Part shown: positions 1-12,741 of the stretch, one piece after another
Numbering within the stretch: position 1 is the first letter of the stretch
How the letters are laid out: each line of letters opens with the position of its first letter
NCBI GenBank assembly: GCA_951406725.2
Contig: OX597815.1
Location: 79,546,001-79,610,000, forward strand
Direction: 5' to 3'
Source: Octopus vulgaris
Lineage: Eukaryota
Length of the DNA: 64,000 nt
The notes under the pieces: model-generated
What the model was told of the DNA's origin: nothing
Database searches by the model: none
Seen by the model: only the letters and a program-made list of their open reading frames with translations
Translations under genes and position numbers: made by a program

Positions 1-95
1 CAGCTATATGCATGAGAATACATACATAAAACAAAAACATAAAAATCATACAAATCAAACAAAAACATGCAAATCTGCACATATGCATACATAGT
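1..95 (+). mobile_element. 3' UTR remnant of R4/Dong-like RLE retrotransposon
   Basis: Matches the UTR of the copies at 265-330 and (reverse) 5365-5420; runs into a (TACA)n tract. Confidence 0.65.
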
Positions 96-156
96 GCATA
101 CATACATACATACATACATACATACATACATACATACATACATACATACATACATA

Positions 157-455
157 AGAGAAAGCTAATTCGAAGACTACAGATCCAATCCAGCACTGGA
201 ACTGTAAAAATCTGTAAAACGTTTCAAAAGTTTATCATATATAAATATATGAGCATGTCTAGATATGCAACTATATGCATGAGAATACATACATCAGACA
301 AAATATAAAAATCTGCACTTATGCATGCATACATACATACATATGTACAAACAAAAATGTTGATGCCGAAATTCCAATAAAAGAGTCTTGAATTTAGGTT
401 AGAAACCGGCTCTTTCTTTATTGGCAAGAAATCTTGAAATAAAACTGAATAATGA
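157..455 (+). mobile_element. 5'-truncated R4/Dong-like RLE non-LTR retrotransposon (ORF end + 3' UTR)
   Basis: Encodes RKLIRRLQIQSSTGTVKICKTFQKFII, near-identical to the end of the 5135-5835 copy; both ends in (TACA)n. Confidence 0.8.
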
Positions 456-661
456 CATACGTACATACATACATACATACATACATACATACATACATAC
501 ATACATACATAAACAAAACATATGTATATACACTTTATATTTCATACTTTTTTCCTCTTTTCTTTTTCTCGCTCCCCCTCTTTCACATTTTTTGCCGTAC
601 ACATTTGTTTGCTTTCTTACAAAAAATCTAATGCCCTTAGCTAAGACTTTTTTTGCGAGTA

Positions 662-736
662 ACCAGATCGAACAGTCTCAAGTGTAACTGCCCGAAACTG
701 TAAGGACATCTGGTAACTTGACTGAGGAAAGAGGGC
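662..736 (+). ncRNA. Predicted hammerhead ribozyme, non-circularly permuted strand order
   Basis: acaGUC (672-677); stem I tcaagt 678-683/acttga 716-721; gccc-GAAA-ctgt 690-701; CUGAGGA 722-728; gggc 733-736; outer helix accagat/atctggt. Confidence 0.75.
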
Positions 737-933
737 CTTTGTATCGTTTATCTCCTGAGATGTTTTATTGTCCTCTATTGCGTTTTTCCATATATATATA
801 TATATATGTATGTATATATATAGATATATATGTATGTATACATATATATATATATAGGTATATATATATACACATATGTATATACACATATATTTATATA
901 TACATATTTTAATATGTATTTATGTGTGTATGT

Positions 934-974
<41 letters not shown>

Positions 975-1470
975 GATATATATGTATGTATACATATATA
1001 TATATAGGTATATATATATACACATATGTATATACACATATATTTATATATACATACATATATATGTATATGTATGTATGTATGCATGTTTGTATGTATG
1101 TATGTATGTATGTGTGTGTGTATGTGTGTGTATATATATATATATATATAAATTTTCAGTATTCGAGAGAATCAGGCATTTAAATACTAAAAGCACTAAA
1201 GTAGAATCGGGGATAGCGCACCTGTATACCGACAATATGTACTGACATATACGTATTTACTAAAATTAATATGGATTGGCCCTTTCTGTTATGCATACTT
1301 TCACACGTAACTGACTGAATATACAAAGTTCACCAAAATCTTACTGGGCTACATTTACTGCACGTTTGCCACTTCCACTACAGACTCTAGATCCAAACGT
1401 ATGAAAGGTTCCGAGTTAGGTAAAGAATAGATAATACTACACCCCCCACTCACATTTATTCTCACAGATC

Positions 1471-1535
<65 letters not shown>

Positions 1536-1536
<1 letters not shown>

Positions 1537-1757
1537 CGGGAAGCTTTATGAAAATAAACAAAAGACTAAGGCAGGTGGAATACAAACAAACAATTGTATT
1601 AGTATGGCGCTCAGGAATATAAATAAAACAAGTCTTTTACGTTTCGAGCCTACGCTCTTCAACAGAAAGATACACAGAAAAGAAACACGGAGAGAAACAA
1701 GGAGAGAAAATAAATGCGTGCAGAGGCTAGCGAATCAACATGGCGATCATGGCGATA
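1536..1757 (-). mobile_element. Short PLE pLTR-like repeat, copy 1 of 3, with variant minimal hammerhead
   Basis: Homologous to 14838-15030 and 43951-44210; flanked by (TA)n; minus strand tcttt-CUGUUGA-a-gagc gtag gctc-GAAAC-GUA-aaaga at 1633-1670. Confidence 0.65.
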
Positions 1758-1789
1758 TATATATATATGTATATATACAGATATGTATG

Positions 1790-2210
1790 TTTTCTTTTAT
1801 TCTTTTACTTGTTTCAGTAATTTATTGCGGTGATGCTGGATTACAGCCTTAAAAGGTTTCAGTCGAAGAAATCGACCCCAGGACTTATTTTTGTAAGCCT
1901 AGTACTTATTTTATCACTGTCTTTTGCCGAACCGCTAATTTACAGTGACGTAAACACACCAACATCGGTTGTTAAGCGATGGTGGAGAGACAAACACAAA
2001 CACAGGGACACACATAAATATATGTACATATATATATATATACACAACGGTCTTCATTCGGTTTCCGTTTACCAAACCAACTCACAAGGCTTTGGTCAGC
2101 CCGAAGCTATAGTAGAAGACACATGCCCAAAGTGGCACGCAACGGGACTGAACCAGAAACCATGTGGTTGGGAAGCAAGCTTTTTACCAAACAGCCACAC
2201 CTGTGCCTGT
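1790..2210 (-). mobile_element. tRNA-derived SINE, family B
   Basis: Reverse complement of the 34334-34750 copy (head gtggctgtttggtaaaaagcttgcttcccaaccacatgg; tail gaaacaagtaaaagaataaaaga). Confidence 0.85.
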
Positions 2211-2254
2211 GTATGTATGTATGTATGTATGTATGTACGTATACACACGCAAGA

Positions 2255-2334
<80 letters not shown>

Positions 2335-2495
2335 CGTATACATACACAGACACGCACACCCACACACACAATTTGAAGCTAGAAAAGCACGGATAAGGAA
2401 CATTAGGTAAATGAATGACTTTAGAAATAAATGGGTCACCATTAACTAAACGCCACAAAGGCAGTCAAAACACAGACTGATAGACAGACAAACAG

Positions 2496-2542
<47 letters not shown>

Positions 2543-2881
2543 CAAGCAGTCTTATCTATATCTTTCTTTGCTTCGAGACAAAGAGATGTATTAGCGAGTT
2601 GCGGCCGAGGCTGCGTGATTATTTGTCATTTCGAACTGTCGCCATCTTTTTTAGTTTTTAAATCCCGCCACATTGTCTTGAATCTATGTATGTCGGTGTC
2701 TGTTTGCTCCAGCAACGTTTCAACATGAAGATGACACGTACACCTTATTCTGTCGTGTATTAGAACAGTAATGGCTTATATTTCGGCGATGTTGGACAGA
2801 AGATTTGCGTGTAGGTCTATGTATGTATGTATGTATGTATGTATGTATGTATGTATGTATGTATGTATGTATGTATGTATG

Positions 2882-2915
<34 letters not shown>

Positions 2916-3359
2916 TGTATGTATGGATGGATGGATGGATGGATGAATGCGCGCGTGCGTCTGTATATGCGTGTGTACGTACAAGTGAATGTTTGTGTTT
3001 GTGTATGTGCGCGCGTGTGTATAAATATTTACATAGCTTAGTATGCATTAACGTGTGCGTGTGTATATGTGCATATATTTGTGTATATATATATGTATAT
3101 ATATATGTGTGTGTGAGTGTGTGTATGTGCACATATGTTATGTATGCGTGTTTGCGTGTGTGTATGGATGTGTGTGTGTATGTGCGTATGTGCATGCATC
3201 TGTGCATGTACGTGTGTGCGTGTGTATGTATGCCTATTTACGTGTATGCTATAGACCAGATGTTGCTTAGGATTAAGAATTTCGCTTTGCAATCATGAAG
3301 TGCCGAGCACAACACCAATGCATAGCATCTTGAATAAGCACCTGTTGATACTCGGCCAC

Positions 3360-3732
3360 TCAGTATCAAGACTGTTCAGGTGATGGAAGTACTGCAATAC
3401 AGATCCTCTTCGGCCATGAATGACCACGGAATTGCACCTAAAAAATTCCCTTTCGAGGCACAAGTCCGGGCAAGGTTGTTTATGGAAGACCAGCAGTCGC
3501 CCATGCATACCAGTCTCCTCTCTCCGCGTCACTGATGTTATCCAAAAGAAGGGCAAAGGCTTATACAGTTTGGCTCCAGTGATGATGCAACTCATTTTTA
3601 CAGCTGAGGAAACTGGAGCATCATGAAATAAAATGTCTTTCTGAAGAACGCAACACACTGCATTGTCAGGGAATCGAACTCACTACCTCATGATTGTGAG
3701 CCCAACGCTCTAACCACTGAGCCATGCGCCTC
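3360..3732 (-). mobile_element. tRNA-derived SINE, family C
   Basis: Minus head ggcgcatggctcagtggttagagcg...gagttcgattcc with A and B boxes; related to 60502-60735. Confidence 0.75.
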
Positions 3733-3879
3733 TACTTTATGATGATGGAAATACTGAAATATTCTGAGTAGAAACCTATGAGGGACCCATTTACGTTTTT
3801 CTCATTTGAAAAAAAAAATTTCAATGGGCATAAATATAATTGTACATAAATTGATTTCCACTAATTTACACGAAGTGTG

Positions 3880-4190
3880 GAAGCACAATGGCCCAATGGT
3901 TAGGGCAGCGGACTCGCGGTCGGAGGATCGCGGTTTCGATTCCCAGACCAGGCGTTGTGTGTGTTTATTGAGCGAAAATATTTAAAAGCTCTACGAGGTT
4001 CCGGCAGGGTGTGGTGGCGACCCCTGTTGTACTCTTTCGCCACAACTTTTTCTCACTCTCTCTTCCTGTTTCTTGAGTAACACTGCGATGGACTGGCGTC
4101 CCGTCCATCTGGGGGGAACACATACGCCACAGAAACCGGGAAACCGGGCCCATGAGCACGGCTAGACTTGAAAAGGGCGATAAAAAAATT
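3880..4190 (+). mobile_element. tRNA-derived SINE (family C-related)
   Basis: A box tggcccaatggttagg and B box ggtttcgattccc; 3' part similar to 35560-35640. Confidence 0.7.
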
Positions 4191-4436
4191 ACACGAAGGC
4201 ATATTACTGGTAAGTCAAAGAACGTCTCCTCTGCGTATCGTAAAAAGGCGACTAAAAATGATTGAAGTAGGATTTGCACTCTGACTTCGTAAAATCCTCG
4301 CTAGCAACGACTACCCTAAACAAGCCCATGGGTTGGAGAGTTGTCGCTTGAGTGGTGCGAAGGTATCATCCGCCATGAGTAGAGAATCACCAACAAATGG
4401 TGGATGCAGCGACGCGCTGTTACAGCGCATGTCCCA

Positions 4437-4493
<57 letters not shown>

Positions 4494-5134
4494 CACCACC
4501 ACCACCACCACTACTACTACTACTACAAGGATTCTTTCTTTCTTCTCCTTTTTTTCTCCCCATATATTTACCCTGTTTTTCTATATTTCTCGATCTACCA
4601 ACTGACTTTTCTATATGCCACCCTTTAAGAGTTAAGACATCTGTCTGTCTGACTGTCTGTCTATTTCTCTTTCTCTGTTTCTATGCCTATATGTGAGTGT
4701 GTATATGCATGTATGTGTGTGTGCGTGCGTGCATATGTGCAGTTGAAATAAACAGAAAGCATGTTATTGATGCTTCGAATATTTCATTATGTACCTTTCG
4801 GTAAATAATCATTCAATCAATGACAGATTATATTCAACAGATTGAAATTACAGAACTATAAAACCGACGCTCCAGCCAGGAAAAAAATAACAATTGTGAT
4901 AAGTAATAGTTAAAAGATAAAAGGTGATTGGGAAGAAACCACTACAAATAATTAAATAAAGAAATAAATATAAGTAATAATGTGGAGAACGCAAGCGTTT
5001 CTAGGTTTTTAAGCAGATCATTTACTGTTACGCAACCCAGTACATGTTAATACATAATAATAGGAACAAATGGGAATGTAGAGTATGGATACAAAAGCTG
5101 AAGGTTTCATATCACTCCTCCATAGATGTATGTA

Positions 5135-5835
5135 TATCATTATTTAGATTATTTCTAGATTTCTTGCCAATAGAGAAAGAACCGGTTTCTAACCTAGATC
5201 CAAGGTTCTTTCATTGGAACTTCAACATCACAAGAATGCTTTTGTTTGTTTGTTTGTTTGTCTGTATGTATGTATGTATGTATGTATGTATGTATGTATG
5301 TATGTATGTATGTATGTATGTATGTATGTTTGTGTGTGTGTATGTATGTATGTATGTATGTATGGATGTGCAGATTTGTATGTTTTATGTATGTTTTCTC
5401 ATGCATATAGTTGCATATCTAGACATGCTCGTATATATTTAAATGATAAACTTCTGGAAAGTTTTACAGATTTTTACAGTTCCAGTGATGGATTGGATCT
5501 GTAGTCTTCGAATTAGCTTCCTCCTTTCTGGTTCTCAGAAGCCTAATTTCTCAAGATTGGTATTTAGGCAGAGCGCTACATATCCCAGGAACCCAATAGT
5601 TACAGGTATAGACCTGAACTTGTAATCTGGATAAAGTAATTGCGGAGATTTCTCAATAATTCAGCATAGGTTTTCTCTTTTTCACTGATCTTCAGATTTA
5701 TGTCAACATCCGGTGGGCAGCTAATTTCCACAACTGTACACAGTCTCTTTTCTCAATCCCAAATCATTATATCAGGTCTGTTGTGCTTACATTTTATTGA
5801 GGTCTTCACTGGTACATTCCACCAGTATTTTTTTA
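5135..5835 (-). mobile_element. R4/Dong-like RLE retrotransposon 3' fragment (endonuclease domain, decayed)
   Basis: Minus translation KYWWNVPVKTSIKCKHNRPDIMIWD*EKRLCTVVEISCPPDVDINLKISEKEKTYAELL...LEKLGF...GTVKICKTFQKFII: PD-(D/E)xK RLE motif; UTR carries a TACA tract. Confidence 0.85.
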
Positions 5836-5854
5836 TACACGTACATATAATCCT

Positions 5855-6050
5855 TTCTGCTACACACACAAGGCCTGAAATTTGATGGGAGGGGACTAGT
5901 CGAATACATCGAACCCAGTGTTTCACTGGTATTTAATTTATCGACCCCAAAAGGATGAAAAGTAAAGTTGACCTCTGCGGAATTTGAACTCAGGACGTAT
6001 TGACAGGTGAAATACTGTTAAGCAGTTTGTCCAGCGTGCTAACGATTCTG
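5855..6050 (-). mobile_element. SINE family A (partial)
   Basis: tttatcgaccccaaaaggatgaaaagtaaagttgacc...gaatttgaactcag is the reverse of the family A core. Confidence 0.8.
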
Positions 6051-6517
6051 TATGTATGTATGTATGTATGTATGTATGTATGTATGTATGTATGTATGTA
6101 TGTATGTATGTATGTATGTGTGTATAATGCTTATATGTGTATATACCCTATACACAGACTCTCACAAACACACACGCATATTTGTAAATTCGCGTTATAA
6201 TCGTCAACAAATTAGTTCTTATATTACAAATTAAACTTTGATTACTAATGATTGGAACAAGGCCACATACTTCAGAAGAGACACAGACTTTTAAATGAAA
6301 TTGATACGAATAGTACGTCGGTATTTGTTTTATTGATTTTGAAGGAATGAAATGCGTAATTCGATCCAACGCGATTTAAATCCAGAAAGAATAAAGCAAC
6401 GCAACTAAGCACTGCGTTGGTGCACAAGCACGCAGATCTCAGAAACAACTGTAAGATAGTGAACTTCATTACACGATTTCCTGTTCCTTTTCCTTTATTT
6501 AATTTCATGATATATAC

Positions 6518-6850
6518 GCGAGCCGGCCGAGTCGTTAGCACGTTGGACGAAATGCTTAACGGTATTTCGCATGCCGCTACGTTCTGAGTTCAAATTCCGC
6601 CGAGGTCGACTTTGCTTTTCATCCTTTCGGGGTCGATTAAATAAGTACCAGTTACACACTGGGGTCGATATAATCGACTTAATCCGTTTGTCTGTCCTGT
6701 TTAGCCCCTTTGAGTAGTAAAGAAATAGGTATTTCGTCTGCCGCTACGTTCTGAGTTCAAATTCCGCCGAGGTCGATAAATTAAGTGCTAGTGAATCGAC
6801 TAGTACCCTTCCCACAAATTTCAGGCCTTGTGTCTTTAGTAGAAAGGATT
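6518..6850 (+). mobile_element. SINE family A, dimeric form with internal deletion
   Basis: gagttcaaattccgccgaggtcgac occurs twice, joined by agtaaagaaataggtatttcg. Confidence 0.85.
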
Positions 6851-6860
6851 ATATGTACGT

Positions 6861-6907
<47 letters not shown>

Positions 6908-7690
6908 TGTGTGTGTATGTAAAGAAGAGGAAAGTAAGAAATACAATAGAAAGAGGCGAAGGGAATTGGGAGCGGGGCAGTAAGCATGACAGCATGGAAT
7001 CAGTGGTAGAGGATAGTAATCGATGAAAAGGTAAACCTGTATTTCAAAGGACCACCCTTGTCATAATGTGTATCACGCCAAATCTCCTTGGGAACTACGT
7101 TAAGGGTACGCGTATCTGGAGAGTGCTCAGTCACTTGCGCTTTGATTTCACGAGCCGGCTGCTTTGCTGATCGGATCAACTGGAACCCTGGTCGTCGTAA
7201 CCGACGGAGTACCAGTTGCATAAAGGTACATAAAAATAAGGTAACGCAAAAATGAATTGAGATTAGATGGGAGACCGTTGCAGTCCCACAAGGGACAGGA
7301 AATGGGCCTAACTTGGCTATAGGCTGAGGCTGCAAAAGCATTGCTAAGCTTTCGGTCACCATAACTATCACTGATTATATTTTTGCTTTGCAAATATCCT
7401 CAGTTAATTGCCAACCAAACGGCAATACCATCCAAGCAACTCTAAGATCTACATTAACCAGTTAACCAGCTACTGACAAACCTCAGAATAACAAGTAGCA
7501 TCTATCTGTTTCGTAGCAACATATGAAATTATCATTGCAGTATGGATATATCATAGCAACAATAGACAGTGAACGATATTTTATCTTCTTAAGTTAAATA
7601 CTTACGTATTGTACAATGATTTATTACTTAGAATTAGGCGTGTTATATATGTACGTACATATGCACATACGTATGTATGTATATATGCAC

Positions 7691-7721
<31 letters not shown>

Positions 7722-7790
7722 TGTATGTATGTATGTATGTATGTATGTATGTATGTATGCACGTACGTATAAAGGACAAAGAGATGCATG

Positions 7791-7808
7791 TAAATAATAA
7801 TAATAATG

Positions 7809-7893
<85 letters not shown>

Positions 7894-7916
7894 TAATAAT
7901 AATAATAATAATAATA
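7791..7916. repeat. (TAA)n microsatellite
   Basis: Direct inspection. Confidence 0.95.
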
Positions 7917-7919
7917 GTA

Positions 7920-8130
7920 AACCTTTCTACAAAAGGCACAAAGCCTGAAATTTTGGCGGGAGGGGACTAGTCAGTTACATCGATCTCAGTGTTTCATTAG
8001 TACTTAATTTATCGATCCCGAAAGGATGAAAGGCAAAGTCAACCTCAATGGAATTTGAACTTAGAACGCGAAGGCGGACGAAATGCCGCCAGGCATTTTG
8101 TCCGGCGTGCTAACGACTCTACCAGCGTGC
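7920..8130 (-). mobile_element. SINE family A
   Basis: Family A core reversed; further fragments at 8140-8460. Confidence 0.8.
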
Positions 8131-8811
8131 TGTAATAATATTTCTGACTTAGGTGCGAGGCCAATAATTTTGGGCGAAGTCAATCCCATCGATTCCAGAA
8201 GGATGAAAGGCAAAGTCGGCATCAGTCAGATTTGAACTTAGATCATAAAGAGCTGGAGCAAATGCCGAAGGTATATTTCCCCCGATATTCTAGAGAATGT
8301 CGCTTAGCATTTTTCTCGGCTCGGAAACGATTCTGCCAGCTTGTCGTTTTAATCTGAGAAAAAATATTAGTTTCAAATTTTGGCTCAATAACTGGTATTT
8401 ATTTTATCAAGGATGAAAGGCAAAGTCGGCTTCGATGGAATTTGAACTCAGAACGCAAGGACGGACGAATCTGAGATAAAATATTAACAATGAACCCGCT
8501 GGCGATAATATGTTTGTCCCACAGCCAACAGATACATGGTTCGATTCTTGTTAGATGGCTTGTTATTATTTTTGGTTGGCAGTCTGTTTTGCGGACACAG
8601 GCATTGAAGGTTGGTAAAGAAGTACCCTTCACAATCATATGGTTGCTAGTTCGATCCTATTCTGTAGCGCCTTGGAGAAGTTGTATCAGCCATAGTCTCG
8701 GTTTGACTAGTGAGTAAAATATGGTAAACAAGATGTGTACAGAACTCGTCATGTGTTCGTATGTGTATGGGTAGGTGAGCGGGTGCATACATACGCACGT
8801 ATATATATATT

Positions 8812-9037
8812 TCTTTATTGCCCACAAGGGGCTAAACAGATGGGACAAATAAGGAGAGACAAAGGGATTAAATCGATTACATCGACCCCAGTGCGAAACT
8901 GGTACTTTATTTATCGACCTCGAAAGGATGAAAGGCAAAGTCGACCTCGACAGAATTTAAACTCAGAACGTAGCGGCAGACGAAATACTGCTAAGCATTT
9001 CGCCCGGCGTGCTAACGTTTCTGCCAGCTCGCCGCCT
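8812..9037 (-). mobile_element. SINE family A monomer
   Basis: Complete head (aggcggcgagctggcagaaacgttagcacgcc reversed) through tail. Confidence 0.9.
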
Positions 9038-10088
9038 TATACGCACGTATATATCTTTCATACGTACATATCTTTCACCGATGTACTTTGGTAAAAACCA
9101 AACAAACAACCGTTTCTCTTCGAATAACAACAACAGTAACCTACCACATTCAGCTCATTATTATATAATTCTTTTGAGATTTTCTTTATAGAAATGCACT
9201 TTCAATAGCACAAGACACTCATGCTTGGACATAGAAACATATTTTCATTGTTAGCAAAATCATATTAATCTATATAATACATCACTGCAATACATTTCCC
9301 TATGTAGTTTCATTATTTAAGCTTCTCAAATCTTGCCTATACCTATATTTATATGCTTACATGTACGTACACAGGTATAGAATATTCTCTTTTCCCCTTT
9401 TTCTGTCTCTTTCTCATCAACCTGCACTTTCAACCTTATCCATTCCTTCTCTCCTTCATCTCTCTCCTCATCTCTCTGAATACATCTCCATCATTCTCCT
9501 CCAATTCGCATCTTTGGCTTTTTCTCTTCAAACTCCCCTTTAATCAGAATTTCTTTTCCTTTGACTACCACTCTCCTACATGTTTGTTCCTCTATTTCTT
9601 TCTCTGTCTCTGTCTCTCTCTTTTTCTTGCACCCTGCTTCTTAAGCTATTTCCTTCTCTATCTCGTAGCAAACGACCCTGAAGTATGCAACATATAAAGG
9701 CAGTTAGTTCATTTAGCTCTTACGTCAATCTCCAGACCTTAATATCTCACTGTCTGCCTGAGTGTCTGGCTGTCTCTCTGACTGGCGCCAGTCTGATCTA
9801 ACAAAAAATATTAAATAGATAGATAGATAAATAGATAGATAGATAGATAGACAGATACGATTGATAGATATGTAGATAGGTACATATGTATGTATATATA
9901 TATATAAAATATATATAAAATATATATGATATAAATATATATATGATATCATATATGTACGTGTATATACACACACACACACACACATAAATATATATAT
10001 AATTGTCGTGATTAATAATAAATTCTCGTATATTCCATCTTCTGTCTTTCATTTGCTATACACACACACACACACACATATATATATT

Positions 10089-10220
<132 letters not shown>

Positions 10221-10262
10221 CGCGTGTGCCTGTGTGTATACATACATATATGTATGTGTATA

Positions 10263-10338
<76 letters not shown>

Positions 10339-10540
10339 CATATCTGCTTGCATACACACAGGAATACACACATACAGATGTGCGTGTGGTTAGGTGGAAA
10401 GAGATATCATATATGATATCATATATGTACGAATATATATATATATACATACATACATACATATATGTATGTACACACACAATCACACACACACACAACC
10501 AGATGTGTGTGCGGGTGAGTGGAAAGAGAGAGATTTAGAC

Positions 10541-10584
<44 letters not shown>

Positions 10585-11045
10585 GAGGAAACAGAGAGAG
10601 AGTGATGGAATTAGTAATGATTGAACTAAACTTATGATTAAATGCATTCTAACCATGACCGTCACATGACCGTATGGGGCTCTAGAATTTTATAGTGTGC
10701 ATAGGGGCTCATTAACCGATGTATCTTTCAATTTTCAAGACGCTTGAATGATATTTGGCTTCTTTTTCGAGCTGAGTGACAACGTAGAAGTCTTCTCGTT
10801 GGTTTGATTTTCTGTTTTTATGGGTGGTGTATGCACGTTGGCGCTTGTTTATATATGGTAGACGATGGTTTAGGAATGTAGGTATTAGTCTTGTAACGAT
10901 TGGTAGTGTTTGTGTATGGTTGGATGATGTTGCAGAGGAGAAAAAAGTTTAACGTCATTCACCTTTCTTTGAAGATCTATAGCTGTATTCAAGAAATATT
11001 CATGACACCAAGAGGTATAATATTCTCACGGTAAGTATGCATGGA

Positions 11046-11433
11046 AAGGCGGTGAGCTGGCAGAAACGTTAGCACGCCGGGCGAAATGCTTAGCGGTATT
11101 TCGCCTGTCTTTATGTTCTGAGTTCAAATTCCGCTGAGGCCTTTCATCCTTTCGGGGTCGATAAATTAAGTACCAGTTACGCACTGGGGTCGATGGAATC
11201 GATTTAATCCGTTTGTCTATCCTTGTTTGTCCCCTCTGTGTTTAGCCCCTTGTGGGTAGTAAAGAAATAGGTATTTCGCCTGTCTTTATGTTCTGAGTTC
11301 AAATTCCGCCGAGTTCGACTTTGCCTTTCATCCTTTCGGAGTCGATAAATTAAGTACCAGTTGCGTACTGGGGTTGATCTAATCGACTGGCCCCTCCCCG
11401 AAAATTTCGGGCCTTGTGCCTAGAGTAGAAAAG
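11046..11433 (+). mobile_element. SINE family A, dimeric form
   Basis: Head, core, junction agtaaagaaataggtatttcg, second core, tail cctagagtagaaaag. Confidence 0.9.
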
Positions 11434-11599
11434 GTATATAGGTATGGAGTTTGGTCAAGATGAATACATATGGTAGTTAATCGAGGAAAGATTGTCGATC
11501 AGGCAGGCAACATGGTTATCAGCAGTTTGCCTGTCTTCCTCTATCACCAGTGAAGGATGATATGATTACCTTGAAATCGACAAGAATATTGCATGCGTT

Positions 11600-12560
11600 G
11601 GTTCTGTGAGAAAAGCTAAAGTAACAATAGAATATTTCAGCAAACTTTGGAAGATATGGAAACAAGAGCTGTTTGCATTTAATAAGACCATCTCCCACAA
11701 TACTTTCGCAGGGCCAGTACTAGTACCAGTAATTGAGATATGCTGGACACATCTAAAAATTCACAACTTAAACACATTAAAACTAGAAAGATACTAACAA
11801 CTGGTAGCTTTCACATCAACAGTGACACTAGCTGATCTATGTTAAACGGAAAGATGAAGGCAGAGATGTAAGGTTATTCTAGACTGCCTTTAAGTGTCAC
11901 ATTGGATCACTTAGAGAACACTTACAGTAAAGAGAGAAATGAACACATCAAGTGTGTGCTTAACAGCGAAAGTGGCAACATCACGATGCTAGGTGAAGAA
12001 CACATGAATTGGTACGCTGAGTGTAAAGCTGTTTCATATTAACAAAGGGTAATTGGATTTATCTAATCAAACAGAAATTTGAAGGAGAAATACTTATCAT
12101 ATCAAGGGTAAATATCCCGTAATTTAGAGAAGACCAATAACATTGAGAGAAACAGTAGCCTATCTGAACTTGCGATAGGTACATCAGATCCTACCTGAAA
12201 CGTTACGATCTTGTTATCCCGAAACAAGAGAAAAGGTATTAAATACCTGATCAATATAAAAAGATAAGGATTCCAATAGTTCACCACGGTGTGATAGAAA
12301 ATGTCAATTGTGCCACGTCAGTGTGGAAGATATCGCCTACGCCATCAGCATTTGTCCAAAAAGGCCTACAAGACACCAGCTTTCTACTGGGCATAGCACT
12401 GTCGCTAAAACTATTTGCAATACCATCCGCAGGAAGGGATCATGATGGCCACGCCAAAGGCACATAAGAAACAGAATGTGTAAACACCTTTAAAAATAAA
12501 GATTAATGATAGAGCATTCAAATAAAAATAGCAGCCCAGTACAAGTGCAATAGGACAGGT
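11600..12560 (+). mobile_element. Decayed R4/Dong-like RLE retrotransposon (RT C-terminus, CCHC knuckle)
   Basis: KVTIEYFSKLWKIWKQELFAFNKTISHNTFAGPVLVP; CDRKCQLCHVSVEDIAYAISICPK; many stops and frameshifts. Confidence 0.7.
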
Positions 12561-12741
12561 ATTTATGGACATGTCCTGAAGTAATGCATTGCTGGAGAGG
12601 ACAACTGTCCGGCAGATAAGAAGGTCTCGTCAAAATCCGTGGAAAAGGAGAATAGCTAATGAGAAAATAAACAGCTCTTATATTGAGTATATAGACATTC
12701 ATTTGTTTCTATTACACACACACATGCCCACACCAATTCAC

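Noticed and set aside
372-428. GAAACCGG(C/T)TC in the RLE 3' UTR resembling a hammerhead half
   Set aside because: No CUGANGA strand in either copy; more likely a plain 3' UTR stem-loop
3660-3732. tRNA-like sequences with A and B boxes (also 3885, 34334, 60502)
   Set aside because: They continue into shared SINE bodies and lack a proper acceptor stem; SINE heads, not tRNA genes
4220-4262. Possible HDV-like ribozyme
   Set aside because: Could not assign P1/P2 pairing for the nested double pseudoknot
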